This document shows, piece by piece, positions 37,301-48,573 of a stretch of 64,000 nucleotides of DNA; position 1 is the first letter of the stretch; every line of letters begins with the position of its first letter. Origin of the DNA: Asterias rubens. Its lineage: Eukaryota. A program made the position numbers and the translations under genes. The stretch is from positions 4,402,001 through 4,466,000 of the forward strand of contig NC_047076.1 of NCBI RefSeq assembly GCF_902459465.1. Reading direction: 5' to 3'. The notes below the pieces were generated by a model. The model did not search any database and was not told the DNA's origin. It was given only the letters and a program-made list of their open reading frames with translations.

Positions 37301-40300
37301 CACTCCTAGAGAGAAGCAATTAACATAGCAAATCACTTAATATGGACTGTTATCTAGGTCAACCGTCAAGACACCAGGGCCCAACTTCATAGAGCTGCTT
37401 AAACACAAAAAGTAGCTAAGCACAACTAAATTATGCTTACTAGAATAAGGTTACCAGCCACAATACCATCATGTACAATTTGTGACTGGTATCAATAATT
37501 TCTGCTAAGCAAGCAAGCAATCATTGAGCACTATTGTCTGCTTAGTAGCTCTTTGAAGTTGGGGCCAGGTATATAATCAATTTCCAATGTAGATATTTGG
37601 ACTTTACAGATATGGATTGATATTGATATTGTAACTATCAAGCAAAAATATGTGTGCAAATTTGTCTGCTGGGGCTGCATACTCCTAAGGAGCTGAGATG
37701 ATTATCAAGATCAGCCTACCGAGGGATAAGCAACAGTGTATGATTAACTTACTCGCTTGAAAGTTGTTCTTCATCACTCTCAGCGTCTTTTCCTTCTTCA
37801 TCTGACGATGAAGTCAGTCCACACTGCTTTCTTATTTCAATTCTTACAAGCTGGGAGGATAAAAATAATAATACAATTTGTTTATTCTGGAAAAAAATTC
37901 ACAAGAACATGTACACATATTCAAAACATATCAGAAATTTAAGTTAATAAACAGTGGGATGCCCAGGAGAGCATACAAGTTAAAAGTAAAACTGTTGCCA
38001 AAAGGCACATGTCTCAAAGGGCCATTGACTTTAGCTATCATGTTGGTAAGTCAAATATATCACATGGCTTGAATTTGAGAGAAAATTCCCAAAGACCACA
38101 GGTCTTGTTGCTCAAAATGTTTAATGTTACTATTATAATAGAGAAGAATTTAATGGCCCTTCACTTACATGAAAAATGGCTCCTCCAACAGAAAGTATGG
38201 CAGTTGGTAATAGGAGAGTCTTCAGGTATCGAAGCGGTGTCTGCAAACAATACAACAAATCATTATCAATTGGTATAATTGCCCCAAATTCAGAAATCAC
38301 CAGGCTCTGAAAATGCTAACCGTATCTGAGCACAATGTTTACCTTTCAATCAGTTGCCAGTGTGTACTTCCAGTTGTTTGGGGGGGGGGGGGGGGGTTTC
38401 TAGGCACCAACCAGTTCGACACTTCACTGAGCCAACATGAACATCACACATCCACAGTAAGGTGAAACGGTTTACTCAGCATGCACCTTCTTTTACTGAG
38501 GCTTAGTTATAACAATGATAACTACTTCTTAAATAGAGCATTTTACAATAACGTCTCAAAACGCTTTATGCCCTGGTCATTGGGTCAATAACATTCCTGC
38601 TGAGCTCCTGTGGGAGCTCTACAGCCCCAGGCTGCAGTGGCACTCCAGTAGTTGTTTTCAAACACATTTTCAACCTCTATCTTTGCAGGTACCCATTTAT
38701 ACCCCTGGGTGAAGAGAAGCAATTATAGTGAAATGTCTCACTCAAGTGTCATGACTGGGATTAAACAAACCCTTCAAATCTCTGGGACAATGGTCACAAA
38801 TTACAAGGACAGTATGAACCATAGAAATAGATGCTGGAAAACCCCGAGTGCGACATTGTGTCATTTCGTTGTGAGACTACTTTTATCGATGCGTGTACGC
38901 CATTTTTTTGCCATACAGTAGGCATCACGAACAATAAAAACACGTAGAACTGCCTATGTGCGCACACATGATGATCATTTTGCCATATTGTAACAGGCGT
39001 GTCACATGCTGTGATAAGCCGCGTCCACAGACGACACGCGGGGCAGTCAAGCTCAGCGTTCTCCGGGTTCTTTACTATGGTGTGAACTCACCTCCTTCTC
39101 CATGAAGTTAAACTCTGCAGCGCAGGTGTAGAGCATGGTGTGAAAGTCCTTATAGTCAGAGAACTTAGAACGGAAAAGATTCCCAATGTGTGCCTAAAGC
39201 GAAATGAATAAATCAGGAGAGTTTTGAACAATATTAACTGCCTGTAGAGCTTAATGAAATTGGATCCAGATTCAACGCACAAAGTTCTCTATTTGTTTAT
39301 TCATTCTGCAAAGAACCCCATGTAGAGAAAACAAGGAAGTATAATTTCAGTTGGGATGTTTCCTTCATAGGCAAGGAAAACCCCAGAGAATTGCCTGTAG
39401 AGCTTTATAAAATTGGGCCCAGATTTAACGCACAAAGTTCTTGATTTGTTTATTCATTCTGCAAAGAACCCCATGTAGAGAAAACAAGAAAGTATAATTT
39501 CACTTGGGATGTTTCCTTCATATGGAAGGAAAATCCCAGAGAATTATTCTAAAGGAAAAATCCCCGCAATGAATAGGGACCTAGGTGGGGACAGTGTGAA
39601 AATGCGCCAGGGTAACTGTGGGGGCCTTCACGGGGCTGTAATCCACGGGATGTTTGCTAAGGGATACTGTGTGAACAGGACTAGAGTGCCCCCGACGAGA
39701 TTAGAACAGGGATCCTAGAGGTCAAAGGCGAGGACCGTCCCTAATGTACTTACATCATCTTCCATACTGAGTAGTCTGGACAGTAGAACCTTGCTCGTCA
39801 GTGTCAAAGCAACAAGTACAGTGCCTTCCACACCCTAACCAGACAAAAGAAAATATTCAATAAGTACATCATCTTCCCTGTGTTTAATAGATGTAATTTA
39901 TTGCATGAGGATAAAGAAAATAATTTCATTGTTACCCTTACACCGTAGTGTAAGCACTGTATACTCTGTACTTTCGCGAGTGTGGGAGAAAATAAATCAA
40001 CAGGCAAATGACTCAGGCAAGACCTAATTCCCATTTTGAATTGACTTTGAAGATTGGTTAAGTTATGCTTAAAGAGACTTACCATAGTAACAATAGGATG
40101 AGGTGATTTATATTTCCACAGTGGAGCAACCAACATCATTATCTACAATCAGGAACAACACAAGTGAGTTAAAGTAAGATGCTGTGTTAAAGGCACTGGG
40201 GTGGATTTCACAAAGAGTTAGGACTAGTCTTATCTCGAGTTAGGACCAGTTACTCGTCCTAACTTAGGACTATCCATGCAATTTGTATATCTCCTAGGAC

Positions 40301-43300
40301 TAGTCCTAAGTTAGGACTAGTCCTAACTCTTTGTGAAATCGACCACAGGAACACTATTGGAAATTACTCAAAGTAATTATTAGCATGAAACTTACTTGGT
40401 AAAGAGCAATGGGGAGCTGTTGATAGTATTAAAACATTGTGATAAATCGCTTCCTCTGAAGTATTGTAGTTTTTGAGAAAGAGGTTATTTCTCACTCAAA
40501 TATTGAAACTAGAAGTTTAAAATTTTTAAACAATAAATTAGAAAGATGAAAATTGATAATTAAAATATTATTTGAATATTTGACATTTGAAATTTGATAA
40601 ATAATTTGAGAACTCTTGACGTCATTAATGGAAACTTACCCAGACAGCAATGAGACAAGAGGTGAATAAGGATGTCAGCAGCATCTCATTGCCAAAGAGA
40701 AGAACATAGCTCACTACCAGACCAAGCTGAAAAGACCCAAAGTCAAAACCCATTGTTTAAAAATGAGATCACTGTAATGGGAGACTTTGGAACGCTAGAT
40801 GGCAGCAGACTTACCAGGTAAATTTCCATTGCTTACGTAGTTCTGAGCCTGCGCACATTACCAAGAACAATGTGTTTTACCTGGTAAGTCTGCTGCCACC
40901 AAGCGTCCCAAAAGTCTCCTATTAATCATAACTACTAGTAGTACTTTACAATAACCGTATCAATGCACTTTACATTATTGCACTGGTCATTATGCCAGTA
41001 AAATTACTTTGAACTTTCTCAGCTCCCTGGGGAGAAACAACCTGGAAATAGTAGTGCTCTAAAGGCTTTTTCAAATACAATATCAACCTCTACCCTCACA
41101 GGTACCCATTTATACACCTGGATGAAGAGAAGCATCATGCTGTGAGGGAAACATTCTGGAAATGGACAAGTTGCAACATTTTGACTGGACCAAGACTCTT
41201 CTACCTCCGTGATTACACCAACACACCGATACATTTTATCACTTACACTTTGTCCCTGCACCACACATCTGAGCTTGCTGCGACTTGTATAGCCAAGAAT
41301 ATAGGAAGCACATACAGCCAGGGTCTAATAAAACAGAGGAGAATTCAGAATTAAAAAAAATACACAGGTCGTTTTAAAAACCTTGGCTTAAAGGCCCAGT
41401 CCCACAGCAGCAGTAACAAGAACGATAATGACGCCAAGAGAACGCATTCTATTGGTTAAATGAGCGTGTGCGTATTCTGCGTGGAGCTATTCAACCAATA
41501 GAACGCGTTCTCTTTGCGTCGTGATCGTTATCGTTCTCGTTATCGCTGCAGTGGGACCGAGCCTTAAGGCTCTTTTTTTGGCACTGATCCGTTTTACTTG
41601 TATCCCCAAAATAAGCATTGTCAAAACTACTGATTGAGCAAAAAAAAAAAACAGAGAGCCCCAGTCTAATTTGAAAAGAGGGCTTCATCATCAAATCCAA
41701 CGAACTGTCACAACTACTCTCCACTGGTCTCTTCGCTCCATGACTGCTGGTAGGTCACAGCGGTTAATGCCAGAGTCCCACTCCAGGGTGTCCACAAATG
41801 TTGTTGTAGGATGCCCTATTGATCTTCTGCCATGTTGAGTCTCCTGGAGTAAAACTAGTTAACCATTTCTTGTTTGCTTCTCTTGCAGTGCCCACTGAAT
41901 CTCAGTCACCTTCAACGATCTCCTGCTGTCTGTTGTTGTTGTTCTCTTTGGGTTTTTTCTGTGATTTATTCCCCCATTATTTGTTGTTAGCGTGAAAGTT
42001 CATCTGTGTTGGTAGTTAGATTTAGCTAAACTGTCAACACTGAAAATATTTTCCTGCTGATGAATTTCAGGTATGAAAATATTTTCAGTGTTGTGATCAA
42101 GAGTTTAGCTAAATTGTTTTATTTGTTGTTGTATTTTAATGTATTTTTGTTTGTTTTCTGTATTGCCTGATATATTTTCTAATAAATAAAGTAAACTAAA
42201 TTACAGATGTGCATTCTGTAGTTACCTGTGTCATGAGAGCAAACTGGGCAAACTGCCAGGGCAACATGAACCCAACAGTAGCAGCAGCAATGAGCAGAAT
42301 ATGTGGCCATCCCGGACGTTTAGTTCTGTAAAAGATCATAATATAGAAATACAAATCTCTTAGGACAAAGTTTACCGTTGGTTTCTAGAACTGTTTGATT
42401 GTTTTAATCCTATATAAACGTTGATGTATACAATAAAACTAACCTGTGAAAATTTCATTTAAAAATGTGGTTGTGTATTTCGTTCACGCAGCAAGAATAT
42501 TCTAACAAGAATGTGTCACTCCTGAAACTACATTGGTTCACTAGCGAGTCAACTTGTTGCGATTTGTTGTACATACCTTAAGGTGTGTGTTACAAGAAAC
42601 ATCTGCAGAACTAATACAGGGTAGGCCATGCTCTCTCTTAGTGGTGGCGTCCACTGCACCCTGGTACACTATAAAGCACAAATTAGATTGTCTTAAAATA
42701 AACAATTGCAAGGTGTGTCTTGACACTTATGTCCTTTAAAACCATTGTTGCTGCGTCCAGTAGAAAAAAACGCAGTAGGTCCTGTGTGTTAAGAAATGCG
42801 CAAAACATTTCTGCTAAGCAGAGATGAGCAGGATACCAGTCACAAATTGTACATGTGACCAGGGCCAAATTTTATAAAGCTGTTAAACAGAAGATTATGC
42901 TTACCAAAGTTCTTGGCTTAGCAAAAAAATGACTGGGGTACGAGTCGCAGCAATGGTGTCTGAAGCCTACGTTCTGGCTGGTAAACTATTTTTGCTAAGC
43001 AACCGTTTTTTGGGGGTGCAAAGCATGTTTTTGTGCTTATAGGCTTTATGAAATTGGGCCATGGTAGTTTGGCTGGTCTGCATAATTTTGCTGCTCTTAG
43101 CTGAAAGTTGGGCTAGGAAATTTAAATGTTCCCTCCCTGTGACACACAAACTAACCTCTCCATGGTTATAGAAGAATGCAGCAACAGTGATGACCCCACC
43201 CCATAGGCTTCCAGACAGGTAAGTAGCAAACAGAAACAAGATGCTCATTAGTAAGCCATTCTCCGCAAAGATCACATTGGTGTAGAAAACAGCCAGGTCC

Positions 43301-46300
43301 CCCATCCCTGATAGAATGAATATTACATTAGTTTAAAGGTGTTATACAGGATTGGTAAGGATGAAAAATATCATTGATTATGAAGTTCAGACCAAAACCT
43401 TTTTTTTGTGTGAAATATTTTCCTCTGATGTAAAGTCATATATCTAGAAAACTGAATCTGAAGCCTAAACAAACCGCAACAGCTGATTTCGGTTGTTGAA
43501 ACCAATAATGACTCGAACATGTTTTCATATGCTGAGCATACACTGTCTGTTCACATCACTCACAAGCAGGAAATACTGAACATTCCGATCGTGCAAGCAT
43601 TTCCTTTTGTTAAAATTCATAAACTGATTCAAATAAAAGTATCATAATTGCCATATGACTTTATTCAGAATTAATCCACATACTCATCCACATTTATATT
43701 CTTCTCTGATTTCATTGGAGGGGTGGGGGTGCGTGCCAAACCACCCTCCCCCTTGACCTTACACCACTGATTGTTTCTTACCTTCGCAATTCTGAACAGC
43801 ACTGAGCCCTCTACCCCTAGTAACTCTGTAACATTGTTTAGTTACCAGACCAAACTTTTGAGTGATACTGTCAAAGAGTCTGAAACCTCCTGCAAGGGCT
43901 GCCTGAGAAAACAATAGACATTACAAAGGAATTTAACATTGTCAAAATTTTAATCCTGCAAAATGATTAAACTAAGCATCAAAGTTGTAATATACAGAAA
44001 AAAAGAGAGCGTTTGTAAGACATTTTCTGACAAATTCACTGTTGATTTGTTAAATTTATTTACTTTTGTATAACTTGATGAATTTTTTTATTTTCTCAAC
44101 AATATGCTTTAATTTTTACCACCACAGCTTCGCACAAAACAAAGTGTTTGAAGAACAGGAATGGTGTGCTAATTAAAGTCAATAAGGTTGGGACCGGTTG
44201 GGACCAATTCCGATCCGGCAGTTTGGACACACATTAGACTTGCACAGTCTATGGCAAAAACAGGTTTAATTGTGATGAGTGAAATCATGGCATGAGATGC
44301 CCAATTGTTTTTTAATCTTACCTCCGGATAGAGATTGAACCGTTTCAACACATTGATAGTGTTAGGATACTCTGTGAGGTTATCGTTCATTATGTCCTGA
44401 AGTCCAGACAGAAAGGATGGAGCATTCACCATTGACTTGTAGTACGAGTAATACAATCCCTGCAGATTGGTAGTGGTGTAACAGATTTGAATTCATTATT
44501 AATACAAAAAATAGTTAACGGTCTGATATTTCGACCCAAGCCGAGTCTTTTCTTAGCCTTTGAGAAAGACTCTGCTAGGGTTGAAACATCAGGCCATTAA
44601 CTTTGTTTTGCATTTATACCGTTGTCCTTTTGTTTGGTTAGCAGGTTGCTGCGTTTGCAACAACTAATTATATTTTTTTATTAAAAATCAATACACAATT
44701 TTGAATGAAAGTGAATGGCACAATGTTCCATATTATGGTTTTATCTTCATTTTCTTATGAATTGATCTTAGATATAAAAAAGTGAGTTATTTATTAATTT
44801 TTTTTTTTCAATATATTTTTTTGGGTGGTAGGGGGTTAAAATGAAAAAAAAAGTTCAGGTTAAAACTGAGAAATCATATCACTGTAACATACCATTTCTG
44901 TTCTGAACGTCATCTCTCGTTCCAGATCTGATAGATGGGAGAAGAAGCGGTCATTCTCGAACATGCTGGAAATGTGCATGCTGGAAAAAAAACAAAACAT
45001 TGATTAACACGTAGCAAGATAATAGTTTGGTCATATGAACCGTTTCTTCATCCGATTTCATATGCAAACACTTATGAAGTAATTTAAAGACCCAACTGTT
45101 TGAATAATACATTTTTTGAAATAAATTACTTCGTTCGACATCTGCTCTATAGCAATGCAAATGTTGTGGGATACAGTGCTTAGTACATGTAAGGGTAAAA
45201 ACAAAATTTATTCTATATGCTGGGTGCAAAAAAAAAAACATCTATCAATTAACTAAAATTACTATTATTTATATTGTTAATATTATGTGGTTCTTATACA
45301 CCAAAAAGAGTGACCTTGTGTGCTCCATACACATGCTCACTTATGTTATAATATTCGCTCATAACACGGTCAGCTATTTGTGTGTAGAGCCTCGAAGTGG
45401 GGACAGCAGTTATTAATAGGAGTGCATTGTATAACTATGTATTGTTACGGTAATGTAATTAAACTTTCATCCAAACAGATATTATACAATTAAATGAGGC
45501 ATGAAATCCAAGTTTCATTTAATTTATTCTGGATGAGACGGACTCTCTGAATTAAACTAAATTAATGTACTAGACAATAAAATAACTCAATGGATAGAAG
45601 ACAAGGAAGGGAGTTTCAGTTTTAAATGTTGAAGGAAAACCCCAAAGAATTATTCGAGGAATGAAACAAAAATCCAATCCAATCACATATTGCCTTGGCG
45701 GGTCGAGGCTCTACAGGTTTACATTATTCACAATGTGTACTTAACAAACACAGCTCACAGTGACAGAGTTGCATTGATTTTTGTCTTTTATTAAAGCATT
45801 GGGTACATCTGTTACATCACACTAACAATAGACCCTTCCCATGAAATATGTAAATTGCACGTAGCGCGTGCGCACTAACGTTTTGGTTGGCAAAATGAGG
45901 GAACATCGCGCTGTTTTGTACACGGCTTATGGGTGCGCAACACAGACGCGATTGCGCGTCTGCTTAGTGCACATCTCTATGGCATTTGCCAACCAACAGG
46001 GTCTGTACGCATGCGTGAATGTAGTTCGCATATTTCATGGGAAGGGTCCAATGGTCAAGGTCTTCTTTTCACTTTTGCAGGAAGGAGGCCAACCTATCAG
46101 ATTGTAGTCTACTGTCCAACCATGTACACAGCAGAGTTACATGTAGCCTTGGTGCCCTTTCAAAAGTTTCCCATAGAGTTAAAGTTTTTAAAATGGAAAT
46201 ACCCATGACAGTTGTGGCAGTGTCATGGCCGAGCGGTTAAGAGCACCGGATTCAAGCACTGGTGTTTGAGCAGCACTGGGGTTCGGATCCCGGTCGTGAC

Positions 46301-47922
46301 ACTTTCTACATAAAATTGGGGAGGTAGTGCTTTCTGCTCTACCGGCTAGGCTTTGAATTGAAGATACCCAAGCCTACATACGTATGGACTGTACAAGGGG
46401 TAACCTTGTTTCAGCCCTAGGAGTAGGTGGCAACTGCCTCTGGACAAAAATAATTCTAGCCCACACCTGAAGTGGCCTTCAGGACTTGTGTTTCAGGCGA
46501 CTTGCATACAAACAAAATTTAAAAAAATGACAAATGAAAATAGCCAAACCCTCTTGAAACATCCGGCCTGATTTATGACCCTCTAGGAGGAATATCAATC
46601 GAACATGTGAAAAGGCGGAACCAACTACAATATTAACAGTGGCTTCTAATAAAGCACTAAAATATGTCACTGTGATGTTCATGGCGCTCCAGCATTATTA
46701 ACCCGGCCACTCTGTCATTATTTTGTTTCATGAAGAAAAGCAAATACAGTTAAGTGTCTTGGTGAAAGACCCAGGTGTCATGAACAAATTCGAACCCAAA
46801 TCCTGACCACTCAGAAACTAGAACTTGAGTCTGATGCTCTGAACTGCTTTGCCATGACATGAAATGCCTCATTAAATAATAATCAAATGGAGTGGATGCT
46901 CACCTGTGTAGAATTCCACATAAGGAAGCTGCAGAAAGACAAAATAAGGAGAGATAAAAACCAAACCCCAAATCAGAATTTCAATCATCAAGAAAATAGT
47001 TATGGAGTTCCACTGAATAAATAGTATTGATCAAACAAATTAAGTCACGACTTAAATTCTGAAAGTTAAAGCAAAAATATTATCTTATTTACCCAGATTT
47101 GATTGTATTTATGAACTCCTAGAACTATCAAGTTCCATCCGCTGTCGCTAACGGAATGAACCTCATCATAGTTCTATAGGAGTAATATTTATGGTAATAA
47201 AGCTGTGTATAAATAAGCCATTTGCGAGTTAGATTTGAAAATTGTCTGGTCTGGTGTACAATAAATCGCTGACTAAGTCATTTACTTAGCCTTTAGTTTG
47301 TCGTGTGTAAACTAGTGCAGTGTTTATTTATAAATTATTTAACATTTAATCCATTTTTCTTATTCCTAAATATAATAATATACTAACAGGCCTAAAGTAA
47401 TACTAATAATAGTAATGTAATTGTAATATAGTAATATAATAATTATTAAAGAATATGATTAAATTAAATGAATTTTATTTTGCATCTTTCTTCTGAAGAC
47501 ACACCGACAACTGTAACGTGCAAAATAGTATGGGTTAAAACTCAAATTTCCCATTGGCAACATTACACCAAAGAATACAACAACATAATCACACAGGCAG
47601 TCAACTCAGTCAAACCTACAATACAATACAAGCTATGGCAGCACAGCATACAAATGCGCAACCAGCTTTCTATTTGTGTTTGTTTGCATTCGATACACGA
47701 CGAATTTCCAGCCTGGACATCGTTGGATAACTTACCCAAGGCTAACGCACCCACCAGCCAACCACTTGGTAACAGTTTACTGTCAAACAACACGCCATTC
47801 GGTTTGAAACCACCTTTCCTCGATGATGTAATTTTTGATTTACTCTTTAGGGCACTTTGAGGATAGATTTTACTGTCATCGTTTGTCGTCTGCTTTTTCG
47901 GCTTTCTACTCTTAGCCGCCAT
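34352..47922 (-). CDS. DPY19L1: DPY19-family C-mannosyltransferase, DPY19L1-like, 725 aa
   Basis: 21 exons: 47922-47736, 46928-46904, 44980-44893, 44459-44322, 43902-43782, 43307-43156, 42668-42577, 42325-42226, 41324-41247, 40726-40640, 40142-40083, 39834-39754, 39193-39092, 38240-38169, 37850-37753, 37240-37213, 36971-36852, 36157-35983, 35823-35724, 34899-34774, 34499-34352 (2178 nt). Motifs [72 protein letters not shown]. Subfamily assignment is from recalled similarity. Confidence 0.95.
35289..35610. mobile_element. MITE; 5'-truncated copy about 51530-51808
   Basis: Ends AGAGCAAGTTCGAGTG.GCAC / GTGCACACTCGAACTTGCTCT; shared GAGGCTGGTTCCAAATG ... CCAGCCTGGGTTCGAGTCAAAAT. Confidence 0.7.
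37376..37568. mobile_element. Most abundant MITE family here; copies about 23066-23339, 25081-25250, 26381-26496, 42800-43060, 61575-61731
   Basis: TIR GGGCCCAA(C/T)TTCATAGAGCTGCTT / GCAGCTCTATGAAATTGGGCCC; internal ATGCTTACCAGAATAAGGTTACCAGCC. Confidence 0.8.
39239..39545. repeat. Tandem duplication, 153-bp period, in a DPY19L1 intron
   Basis: TGCCTGTAGAGCTT at 39239 and 39392; unit joins a MITE end and a SINE tail. Confidence 0.85.
40199..40343. mobile_element. TAGGACTAG-repeat MITE nested in the terminus of a TTAA-AGG element; inverted relative about 52375-52533
   Basis: GGTGGATTTCACAAAGAGTTAGGACTAG / CTAGTCCTAACTCTTTGTGAAATCGACC splits TTAAAGGCACTG...ACACTATTGGAAATTACTCAA. Confidence 0.75.
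40777..40922. mobile_element. 146-bp MITE with TA TSD; partial copy about 51806-51902
   Basis: TA|ATGGGAGACTTTGGAACGCTAGATGGCAGCAGACTTACCAGGTAAA ... TTTACCTGGTAAGTCTGCTGCCACCAAGCGTCCCAAAAGTCTCCTAT|TA. Confidence 0.8.
46216..46480 (+). mobile_element. tRNA-derived SINE, third family; heads also near 50043-50150, 59033-59110 and 46765-46860 (-)
   Basis: A-box TGGCCGAGCGGTTAAG, B-box-like GGTTCGGATCC, then a non-tRNA body. Confidence 0.7.
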
Positions 47923-48573
47923 CTTGGAAAGTGACGTGCGCGCATAAAACGTCGAAAGATCGATCGAGATCGTTTTGGGCGATTCGAAGTTTGTGGGGGG
48001 AGGTAATCATGTTCATTGTACCCACTGCAGAAGGTTTTTAGTTCAAATAAAATAGAACGAATGCAAAACTAATATAGATGAATTGAAAAACATTCTTTTT
48101 TTATACATGAAAAAAAAATTCCGTTAAAATATGTTTCAATCCGATAATAAAAATAACAGTTCACCTTTGACAAATAAATCGACTAGTCCAATGAGGGGGG
48201 GCTCACCCTTTTTGTTATTTAAATTACCCACAGCCATATTTGGCAAAGTGTAAATAAATCATGGCGGCGAGGACGTTGATCATGGCAACACATGTTGTTG
48301 ATGGTGGGGGCTGTACGCTACGCAAGCTAACTGCTGCAGATAAACACTGACTGGAAAGTCAAGTGACATTTTTAGCAGTCAGCAATAAGGAAAGTCAACC
48401 ATAAGTATATTGCCATCGAAGTGTTGTTTGTACTTTGTACTAAAGAGGTAGTTGTGAAGTTGGAGGAAACGGAAGGAATTTTGCCCGGGTGATTTTACTG
48501 GGACGGAGGGAGTTTCTACTGTAGTGATTTTGTTTTGTGACTATTCCGACTAGTGTTGGAAAAGAAAGAAAAC
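47923..48573. promoter_or_regulatory. Bidirectional promoter between DPY19L1 and SPATA48
   Basis: Divergent ATGs 651 bp apart; CpG-rich; perfect YY1 motif CAAGATGGCGGC over the DPY19L1 ATG; TGCGCGCA near 47938; forkhead-like GTAAATA near 48250; X-box-like GTTGATCATGGCAAC 48275-89. Confidence 0.7.

Noticed and set aside
47468-47860. 130-aa plus-strand ORF
   Set aside because: Antisense to DPY19L1 exon 1 and intron 1; no independent support.
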